Shown in pieces: positions 40,972-50,631 of a stretch of 64,000 bases of DNA (position 1 is its first letter; each line of letters opens with the position of its first letter). This DNA comes from an uncultured Pirellulales bacterium. GTDB lineage: Bacteria > Planctomycetota > Planctomycetia > Pirellulales > S012-138. Below the pieces are notes generated by a model. It saw only the letters and a list, made by a program, of their open reading frames with translations. It was not told the DNA's origin and did not search any database. Location of the stretch: positions 16,091-80,090 of the forward strand of contig CAZEEG010000008.1 of NCBI GenBank assembly GCA_964511065.1, read 5' to 3'. The position numbers and the translations under genes are program-made.

Positions 40972-41465
40972 GGGCTCAGCCTCGCTATTTGGTTCATGTC
41001 GCCGGTCGAGAAGTGACCGTCAACGTATCTTCCGTGACGTTTGACGAAGGGAAACCAACGCTATCGCTGCTTGCCAACCAAAACAAACCGCGACGCACCT
41101 TGGTTAGTTGTCGGCCGTCCAAGACCTATAGTTGATTCAATCCTGAAAATTCCGGTATTCGCGCCAGCCGTCAAAATCGGAACGCGGTCGGGGCGGGACT
41201 ATAGGACTGGCCGAACCGGGCGTCAACGTCAAATCCCAGTCAATCGGGCGGTTAAGCCGCGGCCGTACGCCGATGAATTGCCCGAACTCCTACCGGCGCA
41301 GCGGTCGATGGTATCGCTGACATCACAACTGCCAGCACCAGCGCAATGACCGATGGTGGGTGGTTGCGGCGCACCGTGGCTGGGGGGACCTGAAACCTGG
41401 CAGCAGCGGCCGTTCGTTTCACCTCGCGAGAGTAGCGCCAGAAGTGGCTGTTGCGATCCAACCGT

Positions 41466-42356
41466 TTAAGGGCTCGCCATGTCACCACCGGCCCGGGTTG
41501 AGAGTGCCCGATACACGTTGATATCCAGGTTCTCGTTGTACATCCGGACGGAGCCGTCGCCCTGCAGGAAGTTGGCCCCCATCGGGTGATTGCTGCTGAA
41601 GTCTTCAAAGTGCCCGTGCGCGTCGTTGGGTGGGTGGTCGGTTACGCCAACGACGCGAGCCATGGCTTCTTCGCCCTCGGGCACGGCGCCCACCCAAGTG
41701 GAGTAGTCGATTTTGCTGGACCGTTCGCCCACGAGAATGGTGTAGCTCAGGCCGTCGCTGATGGCGCCGAAAGTGATCCGGCTGTTGTGGTAGAACACGC
41801 CATCGCCGCTGCACTGCTGCCCTGGCCCAAGGTCCTCGCATGCTTCCAACTCGGTCGTTCCAAACATGCCCACGTAGTTGCTCTTGGCGAGCGTGGCCAG
41901 TGCCGAGCCGTTCTCACGATGCAGCGTAAACGTGGTGGAGGGGTCGCCGTCGGAGCTGCAGAAGAACAGGTCGATTGCCGTTTCGCGGGCCGCGGCATGC
42001 CGGGCGTCGGTGATGGCGGTATTGAATTGGACGCCGTCGGCCAGTGGCCGCTGCTCGATGTATGGCAACAGCCGACTCCCCCAGGCCCAACCAGGTTGGC
42101 CATGGGGATCGGGCTGGCCCGAGGTGGTATAGGCGGTCCAACCGGCGGGCAAGAATCCTTGCTGGTCGTGATGCACGTGCAACGCCACACCGAGTTGCCG
42201 CAGGTTGCTTTGGCACGAGGTGCGCCGCGACGATTCGCGAGCCGCCTGCACCGCAGGTAACAGCAACGCAAGCAGAATAGCGATGATGGCAACCACGACC
42301 AATAGCTCAACCAGGGTAAAGGCCAATCGGGCCTGGGTTCGATTCGGGACGTTCAT
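41466..42356 (-). CDS. DUF1559 (H-X9-DG) protein with prepilin-type N-terminal methylation/cleavage domain
   Basis: The likely start is MNVPNRTQARLAFTLVELLVVVAIIAILLALLLPAVQAARE (type IV pilin-like leader) at 42356. The C-terminal DUF1559 region ends ...HPMGANFLQGDGSV. Confidence 0.8.
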   Translation of the reverse strand: MNVPNRTQARLAFTLVELLVVVAIIAILLALLLPAVQAARESSRRTSCQSNLRQLGVALHVHHDQQGFLPAGWTAYTTSGQPDPHGQPGWAWGSRLLPYIEQRPLADGVQFNTAITDARHAAARETAIDLFFCSSDGDPSTTFTLHRENGSALATLAKSNYVGMFGTTELEACEDLGPGQQCSGDGVFYHNSRITFGAISDGLSYTILVGERSSKIDYSTWVGAVPEGEEAMARVVGVTDHPPNDAHGHFEDFSSNHPMGANFLQGDGSVRMYNENLDINVYRALSTRAGGDMASP

Positions 42357-42736
42357 CCGGCGATCCTTATGATCTTGCGACCGCTGGGCTGCGGCCATGC
42401 CGCAGGCTCAGCGCGCGGTTCTTGGGGTAGAAAAAGGGAAGCGTGACCGCGACTGCCGCTTGGCAAGTACGTGAGGCGGCAGCGCGGAATCCTCGACGCT
42501 CCAAAGCGCTCTCACAACAGGCATCGCCTGCCTTTTGAAGCGACGGTTCAAAGGGCCTGCGGCCGCGCTGCGGACGCTGCGGGCATCGCATGACAGGGCG
42601 GGTTGACCGGGGGGGTGGCTTGTGCGGTCAGCATCGGGCCATCGCAGCATTGCACCCAAACGGCAACGCGAGCGATCGCTACATGAAACTTGGCCGACCT
42701 GGCCAAGGCACAAGCGGCACGCCGGCAACCGGCGTC

Positions 42737-43339
42737 CTACAGAACCGCGATTTCGGGAGGAGCCCGAGAAGAAAAGCCTCGGATCGAAGCAACGGCCTGG
42801 CCCTGGCAAACCGGGCCGATCCAGCGAGCGACCAGCGGTACAGAATCCGCAAGCCGTATCTGTTCGGCCATGGCGGCGGCCATGCCCAAGAACTGGCAAG
42901 CGAGGCAGCCATCGGCACTACCAGCAGGCCCGGCCGGCTGAAACAAGCTGGCCGTTTCGCCCGGCGGCACGGTACGATCTGGTGCTGCTTCCTGTGGCGC
43001 CGCGTCCCGTGATTCTGCCTCCTGTGGTGCTGCACCATCGGCGGCGGCGATGGTTTCTGCCGAAACCTTATTCAGGGGGTGGTGATGGGAACAGCCGCAG
43101 CCGGAACGACCTCGATCCTGCTGAGCGCTTCGGGCCGCGATTGCGGCCCCGCCGTCCCGAGTATCCACCGGGCAAATGCCGCTGGAACAGGCGCCACTGG
43201 CACACAGACCATGAGCGTGGTTGTGCATCCGGCCGGCGAACAACGTCGCCGCAAGGTACACGACCAATGAGGCCCAAAGAATGTGAGAACGCTGAACCAC
43301 GGTTAGGCTGCCTGGAAGCGAACGTTTTTCACGGCACAC
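42737..43339 (-). CDS. Hypothetical Cys/His-rich small protein with N-terminal hydrophobic segment
   Basis: 200-aa ORF. The hydrophobic N-terminus (ILWASLVVYLAATLFAG) is followed by HNHAHGLCASGACSSGICPVD and GCGCSHHHP. Codon usage is coding-like. No family assigned. Confidence 0.4.
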   Translation of the reverse strand: MCREKRSLPGSLTVVQRSHILWASLVVYLAATLFAGRMHNHAHGLCASGACSSGICPVDTRDGGAAIAARSAQQDRGRSGCGCSHHHPLNKVSAETIAAADGAAPQEAESRDAAPQEAAPDRTVPPGETASLFQPAGPAGSADGCLACQFLGMAAAMAEQIRLADSVPLVARWIGPVCQGQAVASIRGFSSRAPPEIAVL

Positions 43340-43725
43340 GCCAAATGCAATTGAATTGCAACTACGCCGAAAATAACGGCTGTGCCGCCATCATGCAAGC
43401 GCACCCCGCCAAACCTTCGTTTCCACGAAAGCAAGCATCGCTGTCTGCATGGCAAATGATGGCTTCGTTACGTTCCAAGCCCGCCGACATGCTGCGAAGG
43501 GTACTGGAAGGCAGCAGACTGGCGGCGCCGCTCGTTCACCGGCCGCACATTGGCCGCGTAAAGGTCCATCGGTATGCCCCGAGCCAAGTTGCGGGGGGCA
43601 GTCGGCCCCTTGGACAGGGGTAGCGTCCCCTGCTAGAACCAAAGAAATGCCCCAGTGGCCTGTTGTGCAGCGCAAGCCAATCCTGCATCGGCCTTTGCTC
43701 ATCCTGCTACGGAGAGAAGCCAGCT

Positions 43726-44502
43726 ATGTCCGCTCAACTGCTGTCGCCGGAGGAATTAGAGGCTTATCAACGAGATGGCTATATCCTCGTGAAGCAACTG
43801 TTCGATGCTGAGGAAATCGGGCAGTTGGCACGGTACGCGCGGGCCGATGCCAAACTGGAAGAAGGCGTCTATGGCCGCCGCGACGCCACGGGCCAACCGG
43901 TTCGCCTGGCCCTGTGGAACACGCCCGGCGACGATTTGTATGGGTTGTTCAGCCGCTCGGCGCGGATCGTCCGCCGCATGGAACAGTTGCTGGGCGGGGA
44001 GGTGTACCACTGGCATGCCAAGATGATCCTCAAGGAGCCGCGCGTGGGCGGGGCCTGGGAGTGGCACCAGGATTACGGCTACTGGTATCACAACGGTTGC
44101 CTGGCGCCGCTGCTGGCGAGCTGCTGGATTGCCATTGATCCGGCAACGCGCGAGAACGGCTGCTTGCAGGTCCTCAGTGGCACCCATCACCTGGGACGGA
44201 TCGATCACGGCCAAACCGGCGATCAGACCGGGGCCGACCTGGAGCGGGTGGCCGTGGCCGAACAGCGTTTCGAGAAGCATTACGTCGAAGCCGAACCAGG
44301 CGATGCGTTCTTCTTCCACTGTAATCTCCTGCACCGCTCGGATCAGAACCGCTCGGAAAAACCCCGCTGGTCCCTGATCTGCTGCTACAACGCCGCTCGC
44401 AACGATCCCTACAAGGAATCGCGGCATCCGCGGTACACCCCGCTGGATGTGGTGGACGACGACGCCATCCGCCGCTGGATGGCTGAACAGCCGGCCTCCT
44501 GA
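43726..44502 (+). CDS. Phytanoyl-CoA dioxygenase (PhyH)-family Fe(II)/2-oxoglutarate-dependent oxygenase
   Basis: The likely start is MSAQLLSPEEL at 43726. Motifs are WHQDYGYW (HxD) and FFFHCNLLHRS (distal His). Confidence 0.8.
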   Translation: MSAQLLSPEELEAYQRDGYILVKQLFDAEEIGQLARYARADAKLEEGVYGRRDATGQPVRLALWNTPGDDLYGLFSRSARIVRRMEQLLGGEVYHWHAKMILKEPRVGGAWEWHQDYGYWYHNGCLAPLLASCWIAIDPATRENGCLQVLSGTHHLGRIDHGQTGDQTGADLERVAVAEQRFEKHYVEAEPGDAFFFHCNLLHRSDQNRSEKPRWSLICCYNAARNDPYKESRHPRYTPLDVVDDDAIRRWMAEQPAS

Positions 44503-44774
44503 GTGGGCGTCAACCAGGCATTGGCCAGCCCCCCCTGATGCCACGGGGCATCGCGGCCTGGCCCTCTTCCGTTTTGCACACTCGATGCATTTGCCAGGTC
44601 GCCAAATGTGACCTAGGGTTCCCGTGGCGGATTGCAAGCGGCGGGCGCCCATGGGTGCCCCCCGCGCGAGCCGCCGATACCCATCGCACAAATTCAGGGG
44701 GCGTTCTGCCTCTTGGTTGACGTTCGTTCCGATTCGCTACGCCATTCCACGCTTGTTACGGCCGATGCCGGCGT

Positions 44775-45821
44775 GTGCGCATGTCTGTGCAGCATGACGG
44801 AGAACTTGTGGCTGCCACCAACTGCAATCCCGGCTGGGAAAGTGTCAAAGGACTGGTCGCTGATTTGACCGCCGATCGCGAGCGGTTCGACCAGTTGTTG
44901 GCCGCGCAGCGCCAATGGCTCGACGAGTTGCGCCAGCGGCAGCAGCGTCAGGCCCAGGCGCTGGCCCGACTTCAATCGCAGAACGAGGCCCTGGCCCGCA
45001 ACGAAGCCGAACACGAGGAGCAATTGGCCGAGCAGGCCGAACAGGTAGCCAGGCTCCAGCAACAACTCAAGGAGGCCCAGCGGTTGGCCGATGAGGCCGC
45101 GGCTGAAGCCGACGCGCTCCGCGAACAAATGGAGGCCGAACGCCGGGAGTTTCAACAGGAGCAACAGGCTGCTAAGAAGTCTCGCCGCCAACTCGAAGAA
45201 CGCTGCACCACTTTGGAAAAGGAACGCGATGCGTTCGAACAGCAGTTGGCGAAACTGGAGGAGCAATGCCGGCAGCTTGAACATCAGCGCGAGTCGCTCC
45301 AGCAGGAACTGGCTTCCGTCCAGCAGCAGCAGACCAAAGATCAAAAGCAACTGGAAAAACTGCAGCAACAGCAGCAGCACAGCGAGTCGGACTACAACCA
45401 GCTTCAAGATCGCCTCAAGCGCGAACAGCAGGCGCTCAAAGAGGCTCGCGAAGACCAGGCCCGGGTCGAGGAGCTGCTTCAAAAACGGATCGACGAGGCC
45501 AAGCGATTGAGGGAAGAACTGGCCGAAGTCCGCGAGCGCGCCAACGAAGAACGGGCCGAATGGACTGCCGAACTGAAATTGCTCAGGCGGGCGCTGGAGG
45601 TCAAGTCCGACGACCGCGACGACACACTGCTGGATCGGCTCGCACCTGCCGCCGCTGAGGAGACGCTTGAACCGGTGGCCGTTGGCGCCGACTCCAGCCA
45701 AGCAGAAAAGGATACGGCGGCCTCGACGCCGCAACCTCGCAAGGCCCAGCGATCCGACCCGGTGCTCGACGCCGTGCGGGCACAATTTGAACGACTACAG
45801 GCCAACATTCTCGGAGAGTAA
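44775..45821 (+). CDS. Long Q/E/R-rich coiled-coil protein
   Basis: 348 aa, nearly all heptad-like charged helix (LDELRQRQQRQAQALARLQSQNEALARNEAEHEEQLAEQ...). It is the first gene of a same-strand cluster. Confidence 0.6.
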   Translation: MRMSVQHDGELVAATNCNPGWESVKGLVADLTADRERFDQLLAAQRQWLDELRQRQQRQAQALARLQSQNEALARNEAEHEEQLAEQAEQVARLQQQLKEAQRLADEAAAEADALREQMEAERREFQQEQQAAKKSRRQLEERCTTLEKERDAFEQQLAKLEEQCRQLEHQRESLQQELASVQQQQTKDQKQLEKLQQQQQHSESDYNQLQDRLKREQQALKEAREDQARVEELLQKRIDEAKRLREELAEVRERANEERAEWTAELKLLRRALEVKSDDRDDTLLDRLAPAAAEETLEPVAVGADSSQAEKDTAASTPQPRKAQRSDPVLDAVRAQFERLQANILGE

Positions 45822-45912
45822 GCCGCCTCCGGTGTCTTGGCCCCCAGGCACCGTTGTGAACGCCCTCTGAGTTTGCAGCCAAACCATCATCCAGGCCGAG
45901 GAGATTACCCAC

Positions 45913-47103
45913 GTGAAACCGACGGCATTGCCAGCCGCCTCGCGGCGATTTGGGCAGTTGCTGATGGCTTGGGGCACGGCCATCACCGTGATCTGTATGT
46001 TGGCGCTCTTGTTCTGGGCCCGGCCGCAGCTTGATACGGCTATTTACTGCGGCATCGCCGCGGTATTTGCCTTGGCGTTCCTGGTGATCCGCAACCGTGC
46101 GCGCCGGCGGCAGAAAGCAGCATCGCCTTCCGCGCCGCGTTTGAAGTCGGCGGCCCGGCCGCAGCCAACTCCGCTGCCTTCCGACGCCAAGCAACTCGTC
46201 GCCCACATGCTGGAGCAAGGGAGATATGCGTTGCTCTTGCGGCCGGAGATTCGCTCGAACCTGGACGAAGACCAGATGGTCATGGCGTTGGAAACGCTCA
46301 TGAACGAAATGGCCGCGGTTACAGGCGGGGTTGTAGGCCCGTATTCCAATGCCATCGACCTGGCATGCGACGACGACGATCAACCCCAGCGCGGCTGGAC
46401 CACGGTAGCGCCGTTCTACCTGGACCGTTGCGCGGTCACCAATCGCCAATATGCCTTGTTTGTCGAAGCCGGCGGATACGATGCCTACGAGCTATGGCTG
46501 CCGGAGGTCATTCCGGCCATTCCCTCGCTCGTCGACCGCAGCGGCCATCCGGGCCCCCGCCACTGGCAAGGGGGTACGTTCCCGGCGGGCGACGACGAAC
46601 GGCCCGTGGTCGGCATCAACTGGTACGAAGCGGCCGCCTACGCCCGCTGGGTTGGAAAGCGGCTGCCGACCGATGCCGAATGGCAGAAGGCGGGCAGTTG
46701 CCCCGTGATGGTGGCTCCCGGCCAGATGGTCGATCGCCGCTTCCCCTGGGGCGATGCCGTGGATCGCTCGCGAGCCAATATCTGGGGCTCCGACGCGGGT
46801 GGAATCGTTGCGGTCAACCACTACGCGGAAAAATCCATCGGCGGCTTACAGCAGCTTGTCGGCAACATTTGGGAATGGGTTGCCGACGATTTCGGCCTGG
46901 AGGAACGTGGCCCACGCAACAGCATCGTCTTGCCCACTCCGATGAAGGCCATTCGAGGCGGAGCGTTTGATACCTACTTCGACAGCCAGGCCACGTGCCA
47001 GTTTCAGAGCGGCGAAAACCCAATGGCCCGGCGTCACAACATCGGCTTTCGGCTAGCGCTATCGGTGCGCGACCTGGAGATGCCGCCCCCCGCCGAGGAA
47101 TAA
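45913..47103 (+). CDS. Membrane-anchored formylglycine-generating-enzyme (FGE/SUMF1) domain protein
   Basis: Two N-terminal TM segments. The FGE-domain hallmarks are INWYEAAAYARWVGKRLPTDAEWQKAG and GNIWEWVADD. Confidence 0.8.
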   Translation: MKPTALPAASRRFGQLLMAWGTAITVICMLALLFWARPQLDTAIYCGIAAVFALAFLVIRNRARRRQKAASPSAPRLKSAARPQPTPLPSDAKQLVAHMLEQGRYALLLRPEIRSNLDEDQMVMALETLMNEMAAVTGGVVGPYSNAIDLACDDDDQPQRGWTTVAPFYLDRCAVTNRQYALFVEAGGYDAYELWLPEVIPAIPSLVDRSGHPGPRHWQGGTFPAGDDERPVVGINWYEAAAYARWVGKRLPTDAEWQKAGSCPVMVAPGQMVDRRFPWGDAVDRSRANIWGSDAGGIVAVNHYAEKSIGGLQQLVGNIWEWVADDFGLEERGPRNSIVLPTPMKAIRGGAFDTYFDSQATCQFQSGENPMARRHNIGFRLALSVRDLEMPPPAEE

Positions 47104-47256
47104 CCCCCGCAGGCCGTCCGGGGGGCACCGTACCTGCCGCCTGTGGAGCAAAGTCGGCGCCCCCGTGCAGTCTTGCAAGCAGCATTTAGAAACATCGAAT
47201 TTCCCGTCTTGGGGCAAAGTCGCGTTGTTGCCAACTTTCACCAACCGGAACAACAC

Positions 47257-48165
47257 ATGACCCGTGGCGAAGTGATCCTTGATTCGTACCGGCTGGCCAA
47301 ATATGCCGTGTCGGTACCCTGCCACATCTGCGGCGAACCTAACACGGTAGACGCGGAATTGTGCCGCGTCTGCTTCGCCCCCATGGCACTGGCCCACCAA
47401 ATCCGCAGCACCAAAGTGGCACCGACGATGATCGCCACGATCGGCTCCAGCGGCGTGGGCAAGACGGTCTACTTGGGCATGTTGATGGACATGATCAGCC
47501 GCCGCACCGACGGCACTCAACTGCTTGCCCGCGGGGCGTTCTCCGTCAATCTGCAACAGAAGACGATCCACGCGCTCCAGCAAGGCAGGTTTCCGGAAAA
47601 AACACCGAACGAACCGGATCGCTGGAACTGGGTTCACTGCCAGTTCAAAAGCGAAGCCTGCCCTAAGCCGGTCGAATTCATCATGCCCGACCTGGCAGGC
47701 GAAGCCCTCCTGGAGGAAGTCGATCATCCGGCCTCGTACCAGGTGGTGCGTTCCTTCCTGTCCAAGTGTGCCGGGGCGATGATCCTGATCGACGCCCTCC
47801 AATTGTTCAACGGCACGTTTGAACAGGACTTCTTCACCATGAAACTGCTCAGTTACCTGGTGGAGTTGGTCGACGATCCCAAGCGCGGCTGGAGGAACCG
47901 GCCGATCGCCGTGGTCTTCAGCAAGGCCGACCAGTGCGACGAAGTCTTCAGCGACCCCGAAGGCTACGCCCGGCAGTATGCCGCGGGCTTGTGGCGGCAT
48001 TGCCGCGAACGCTTCAAGCGGCACAAGTTCTTTGCCGCCAGCGTGGTCGGTCGCTGCATTACCCGGCACAACGTGTACGACGGCGAAATGCAGGTGCCCC
48101 TGCGGGTGGAACCTCGCGGGATTGAGCCTCCCTTTGAATGGATGATCGAACAGACCCGCCGCTGA
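47257..48165 (+). CDS. Ras-like small GTPase with N-terminal zinc-ribbon
   Basis: ORF 47143..48165. The likely ATG is at 47257 (MTRGEVILDSYR). Zinc ribbon is CHICGEPNTVDAELCRVC. G1 is GSSGVGKT, G3 is DLAGE, G4 is SKAD. Confidence 0.7.
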   Translation: MTRGEVILDSYRLAKYAVSVPCHICGEPNTVDAELCRVCFAPMALAHQIRSTKVAPTMIATIGSSGVGKTVYLGMLMDMISRRTDGTQLLARGAFSVNLQQKTIHALQQGRFPEKTPNEPDRWNWVHCQFKSEACPKPVEFIMPDLAGEALLEEVDHPASYQVVRSFLSKCAGAMILIDALQLFNGTFEQDFFTMKLLSYLVELVDDPKRGWRNRPIAVVFSKADQCDEVFSDPEGYARQYAAGLWRHCRERFKRHKFFAASVVGRCITRHNVYDGEMQVPLRVEPRGIEPPFEWMIEQTRR

Positions 48166-48198
48166 GGCCGGCCGGTTTCCGGCCGCCCCCTGGTCGTT

Positions 48199-49182
48199 GT
48201 GTCAGAACCTCCCCCCGAGTCGAGCAGTTTCCACCAGCCGAGGAGCGCAGCGTTGAACAACTCTGGATCGGCGACTCGTCAGCCAGGGCAAGACGTCGTG
48301 CCGGCTCAATCCTCGCCTGAATTCGGCGGCCGCGCCGCTCAACAGCCGGCCCGATGTGCCGAGGCCTCCTGCCAGCCAACCACAGAGGCCGACCAGGCTA
48401 TCTTTACGTCGATCGAGTCGGCGCGGGGCGGTGGTTATCAGCTTGCGGCCACCAGTCCCGGCGTCAGCCCTGCCGAGGCCCGGGAGCTTTCCGCCTGGGG
48501 GCCCTCGCACGATTCGCTTTGGGAGACCAGCGAAGCAGCGCGCAGTTACAACTTTCACCGTTTGCAAAGCGGGCGGCTGGCCATATCACGCAGTATTCAC
48601 GGCGAGGCCGAGTACAGCGGACGCGGAGGCCGGTCGGTCTATACGCACTTCCTCCTTTTCAGCCCTGCCGACTTCGCCCATTGGAGCGGCAATCCGTTCG
48701 CCATCTTGCGGGCCGCCAGCCAAACGGAAACACCGCTGCAACCCGTCCCGCAGCTTCTTTCCCGCTGGCGGTGCGAACCGCCCGATCCCTGCGACCGCCT
48801 GGGCCAGATATCCCACCTGGTGGAAGCAGCGGGAGGGCCGTTGAATGTGGCCTCGGCCCTGGATGCGGCCATACACCACGAAGCCGTAGCGTTTGTGGGG
48901 CCGCCCTTGGTGATCGAGGCGGCGATGGAAGTACTATTCCTGCTGCTGCCCGAATCGTCCAGGACGAATGTCTCGTTTGCGACAGGCTTGAAGTATTCGC
49001 CGCGCCGCCCGGCCCGCTGGATCGGCCTGCACGGCGATCTGCACCTGAGGCGGCGGCTTGCCCGCCAGTACCAATTCCAACTGGCCGATCTGACCCAAGG
49101 AACTGCCGACGTTCGGGCCTTGGAAGCCTTGGGCAGCCTGCTGGAAGAAGTGGCCCAAGACTTGGCATGCGAGAACACTTAG
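48199..49182 (+). CDS. Hypothetical protein, last gene of the GTPase cluster (possible GTPase partner)
   Basis: 327 aa, 34 nt downstream of the GTPase gene. No recognisable motif. Region-wide coding-like composition. Confidence 0.5.
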   Translation: MSEPPPESSSFHQPRSAALNNSGSATRQPGQDVVPAQSSPEFGGRAAQQPARCAEASCQPTTEADQAIFTSIESARGGGYQLAATSPGVSPAEARELSAWGPSHDSLWETSEAARSYNFHRLQSGRLAISRSIHGEAEYSGRGGRSVYTHFLLFSPADFAHWSGNPFAILRAASQTETPLQPVPQLLSRWRCEPPDPCDRLGQISHLVEAAGGPLNVASALDAAIHHEAVAFVGPPLVIEAAMEVLFLLLPESSRTNVSFATGLKYSPRRPARWIGLHGDLHLRRRLARQYQFQLADLTQGTADVRALEALGSLLEEVAQDLACENT

Positions 49183-49382
49183 CAGGACCGGTCACTCGGC
49201 ATTAGTCTTAAGCCAGGGCAACCTTAGCTCGTGACAGCGGCAATACGGCTTGCCGGATCGAGGTACCTGGTGCGCTCCCCAACCACCTATAGGGAAGCGT
49301 TTTCAACCGGCACATGAACGCCAAAGAAACAGGCCGCCGATCGACTTCGATTGGCGGCCCGCGCTAGCAAAGAAGAATCGAG

Positions 49383-49456
49383 TGGGCGGTACTGGACTCG
49401 AACCAGTGACCTCAACGATGTCAACGTTGCGCGCTAACCAACTGCGCCAACCGCCC
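49383..49456 (-). tRNA. tRNA-Val (anticodon GAC)
   Basis: Minus-strand sequence GGGCGGT-TG-GCGC-AGTTGGTTA-GCGC-G-CAACG-TTGACAT-CGTTG-AGGTC-ACTGG-TTCGAGT-CCAGT-ACCGCCC-A folds into a canonical cloverleaf. All four stems are Watson-Crick paired. There is a T-loop TTCGAGT. CCA is not encoded. Confidence 0.9.
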
Positions 49457-49736
49457 TGTTTGTCGTACTTGCGTCATTGCCCGGTACGGCCGTGCTCAAC
49501 CGACCGCCGAAGCAAGTGCCGCTTTGATACGAATTTTCGTCTTCCAGGCCCAGACGTCAAGAGTACCAATCTGGAAACCTGCGAATGTCGCTCAACCCTC
49601 ATAGCCGAACCGGCCCATCATCGGGGGCAATTTCCCCCAAAGGCGTTTAACAGTACACCGCCATTGTAGCGACGCGTGCACTTTCGGCGAGGTTCGCTGA
49701 GCTTTCCTCCCTGCCAAGGCGGGATGCCCGAGGCCG

Positions 49737-50246
49737 TCACTCCATTTCGGACAGAAGTTCATCGGGCAACGGGATGCCCTTAAGGATGCCTTCGCAAACC
49801 AGGTTTCGATCAACGAAAAGCTGGAAATTGCAGTTGATCATGGCTCCGCGCCGCACTTTCAGCAGTTTGCAGACGATGATCAGCCGGTCGCCAGGCCGGA
49901 CAATGCCGCGAAAGCGGACGTCCTGCAGCCCACCAAACCCCAGCATCCGGGCACCCAGCAGGTCGTGGCGTTGGACGTAGTAACTGGCCAGTTGTGCGGC
50001 CGCCTCGCACATCAGCACGCCCGGCATCAACGGGAGCCCGGGCATGTGTCCACGCACCCAGAACTCGTCGTCGGTCAGGTCCTTAAAACCGACACACATC
50101 ATGTTCTCGGGATCTTCGTGCAAAATGCCGGAGAGCTGCTCCATCTCGAACCGCTGCGGGTTATAGCGGCGGATATCGTCGATGGTGGCGAGAACTTCAG
50201 CATTTTCGACGAGCGACAAGTCGATCAGTTCATCACGCGCGGCCAC
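49737..50246 (-). CDS. FabZ/FabA-like hot-dog fold 3-hydroxyacyl-ACP dehydratase
   Basis: 169 aa with the FabZ active-site region WVRGHMPGLPLMPGVLMCEAAAQ. Confidence 0.7.
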   Translation of the reverse strand: MAARDELIDLSLVENAEVLATIDDIRRYNPQRFEMEQLSGILHEDPENMMCVGFKDLTDDEFWVRGHMPGLPLMPGVLMCEAAAQLASYYVQRHDLLGARMLGFGGLQDVRFRGIVRPGDRLIIVCKLLKVRRGAMINCNFQLFVDRNLVCEGILKGIPLPDELLSEME

Positions 50247-50321
50247 ACAAGGCTCCTTACGATCGCAACCTTCACTCCCACTGCCTTCGGCGGGGATTCA
50301 AGTCAGGCAGGGAAGCAGGCG

Positions 50322-50420
50322 TCAGGTTTTGACCTGCTGGCGCTTGGCTTTCCGGGCCTTGCTGTTGGCGGGCCGGCGGCCGTGGTTGGCTTTTTTCAGT
50401 TGGCGATGTGGCTTCGCCAT
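50322..50420 (-). CDS. 32-aa highly basic small protein (MAKPHRQLKKANHGRRPANSKARKAKRQQVKT)
   Basis: ATG start is preceded by a strong Shine-Dalgarno (CAGGAGAACTAATGCC-ATG). It is 75 nt upstream of the fabZ-like gene on the same strand. It is below the ORF-track length cutoff. Confidence 0.45.
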   Translation of the reverse strand: MAKPHRQLKKANHGRRPANSKARKAKRQQVKT

Positions 50421-50631
50421 GGCATTAGTTCTCCTGCAAGAAGATTGAAGATTAAGGCGTAAGTTCTATCGGATTGTAACGGCCACGGCACGCGCCGGGA
50501 AGGACGTTGAACCGCGACTGGGCGACGATCCGATCCCCCACGATGACGGAAATACCTGTTTATCGTCAAGCGAGCTTCCCCTGCGCCACGCCGTTTTCGC
50601 GGCAATCCTTGCAACCCATCCACACTCCCTT

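Noticed and set aside
39601-41016. 471-aa plus-strand ORF, and 39846..40718 (+)
   Set aside because: Both are antisense to the repetitive Tyr/Gly-rich lipoprotein gene. They are low-complexity R/G/C-rich translations with no signal or motifs. The minus-strand frame has a proper lipoprotein signal.
42622-43623. 333-aa plus-strand ORF
   Set aside because: It is R/P-rich and antisense to the more coding-like Cys/His-rich minus-strand ORF. No motifs.
43756-44691. 311-aa minus-strand ORF
   Set aside because: It is antisense to the PhyH dioxygenase gene.
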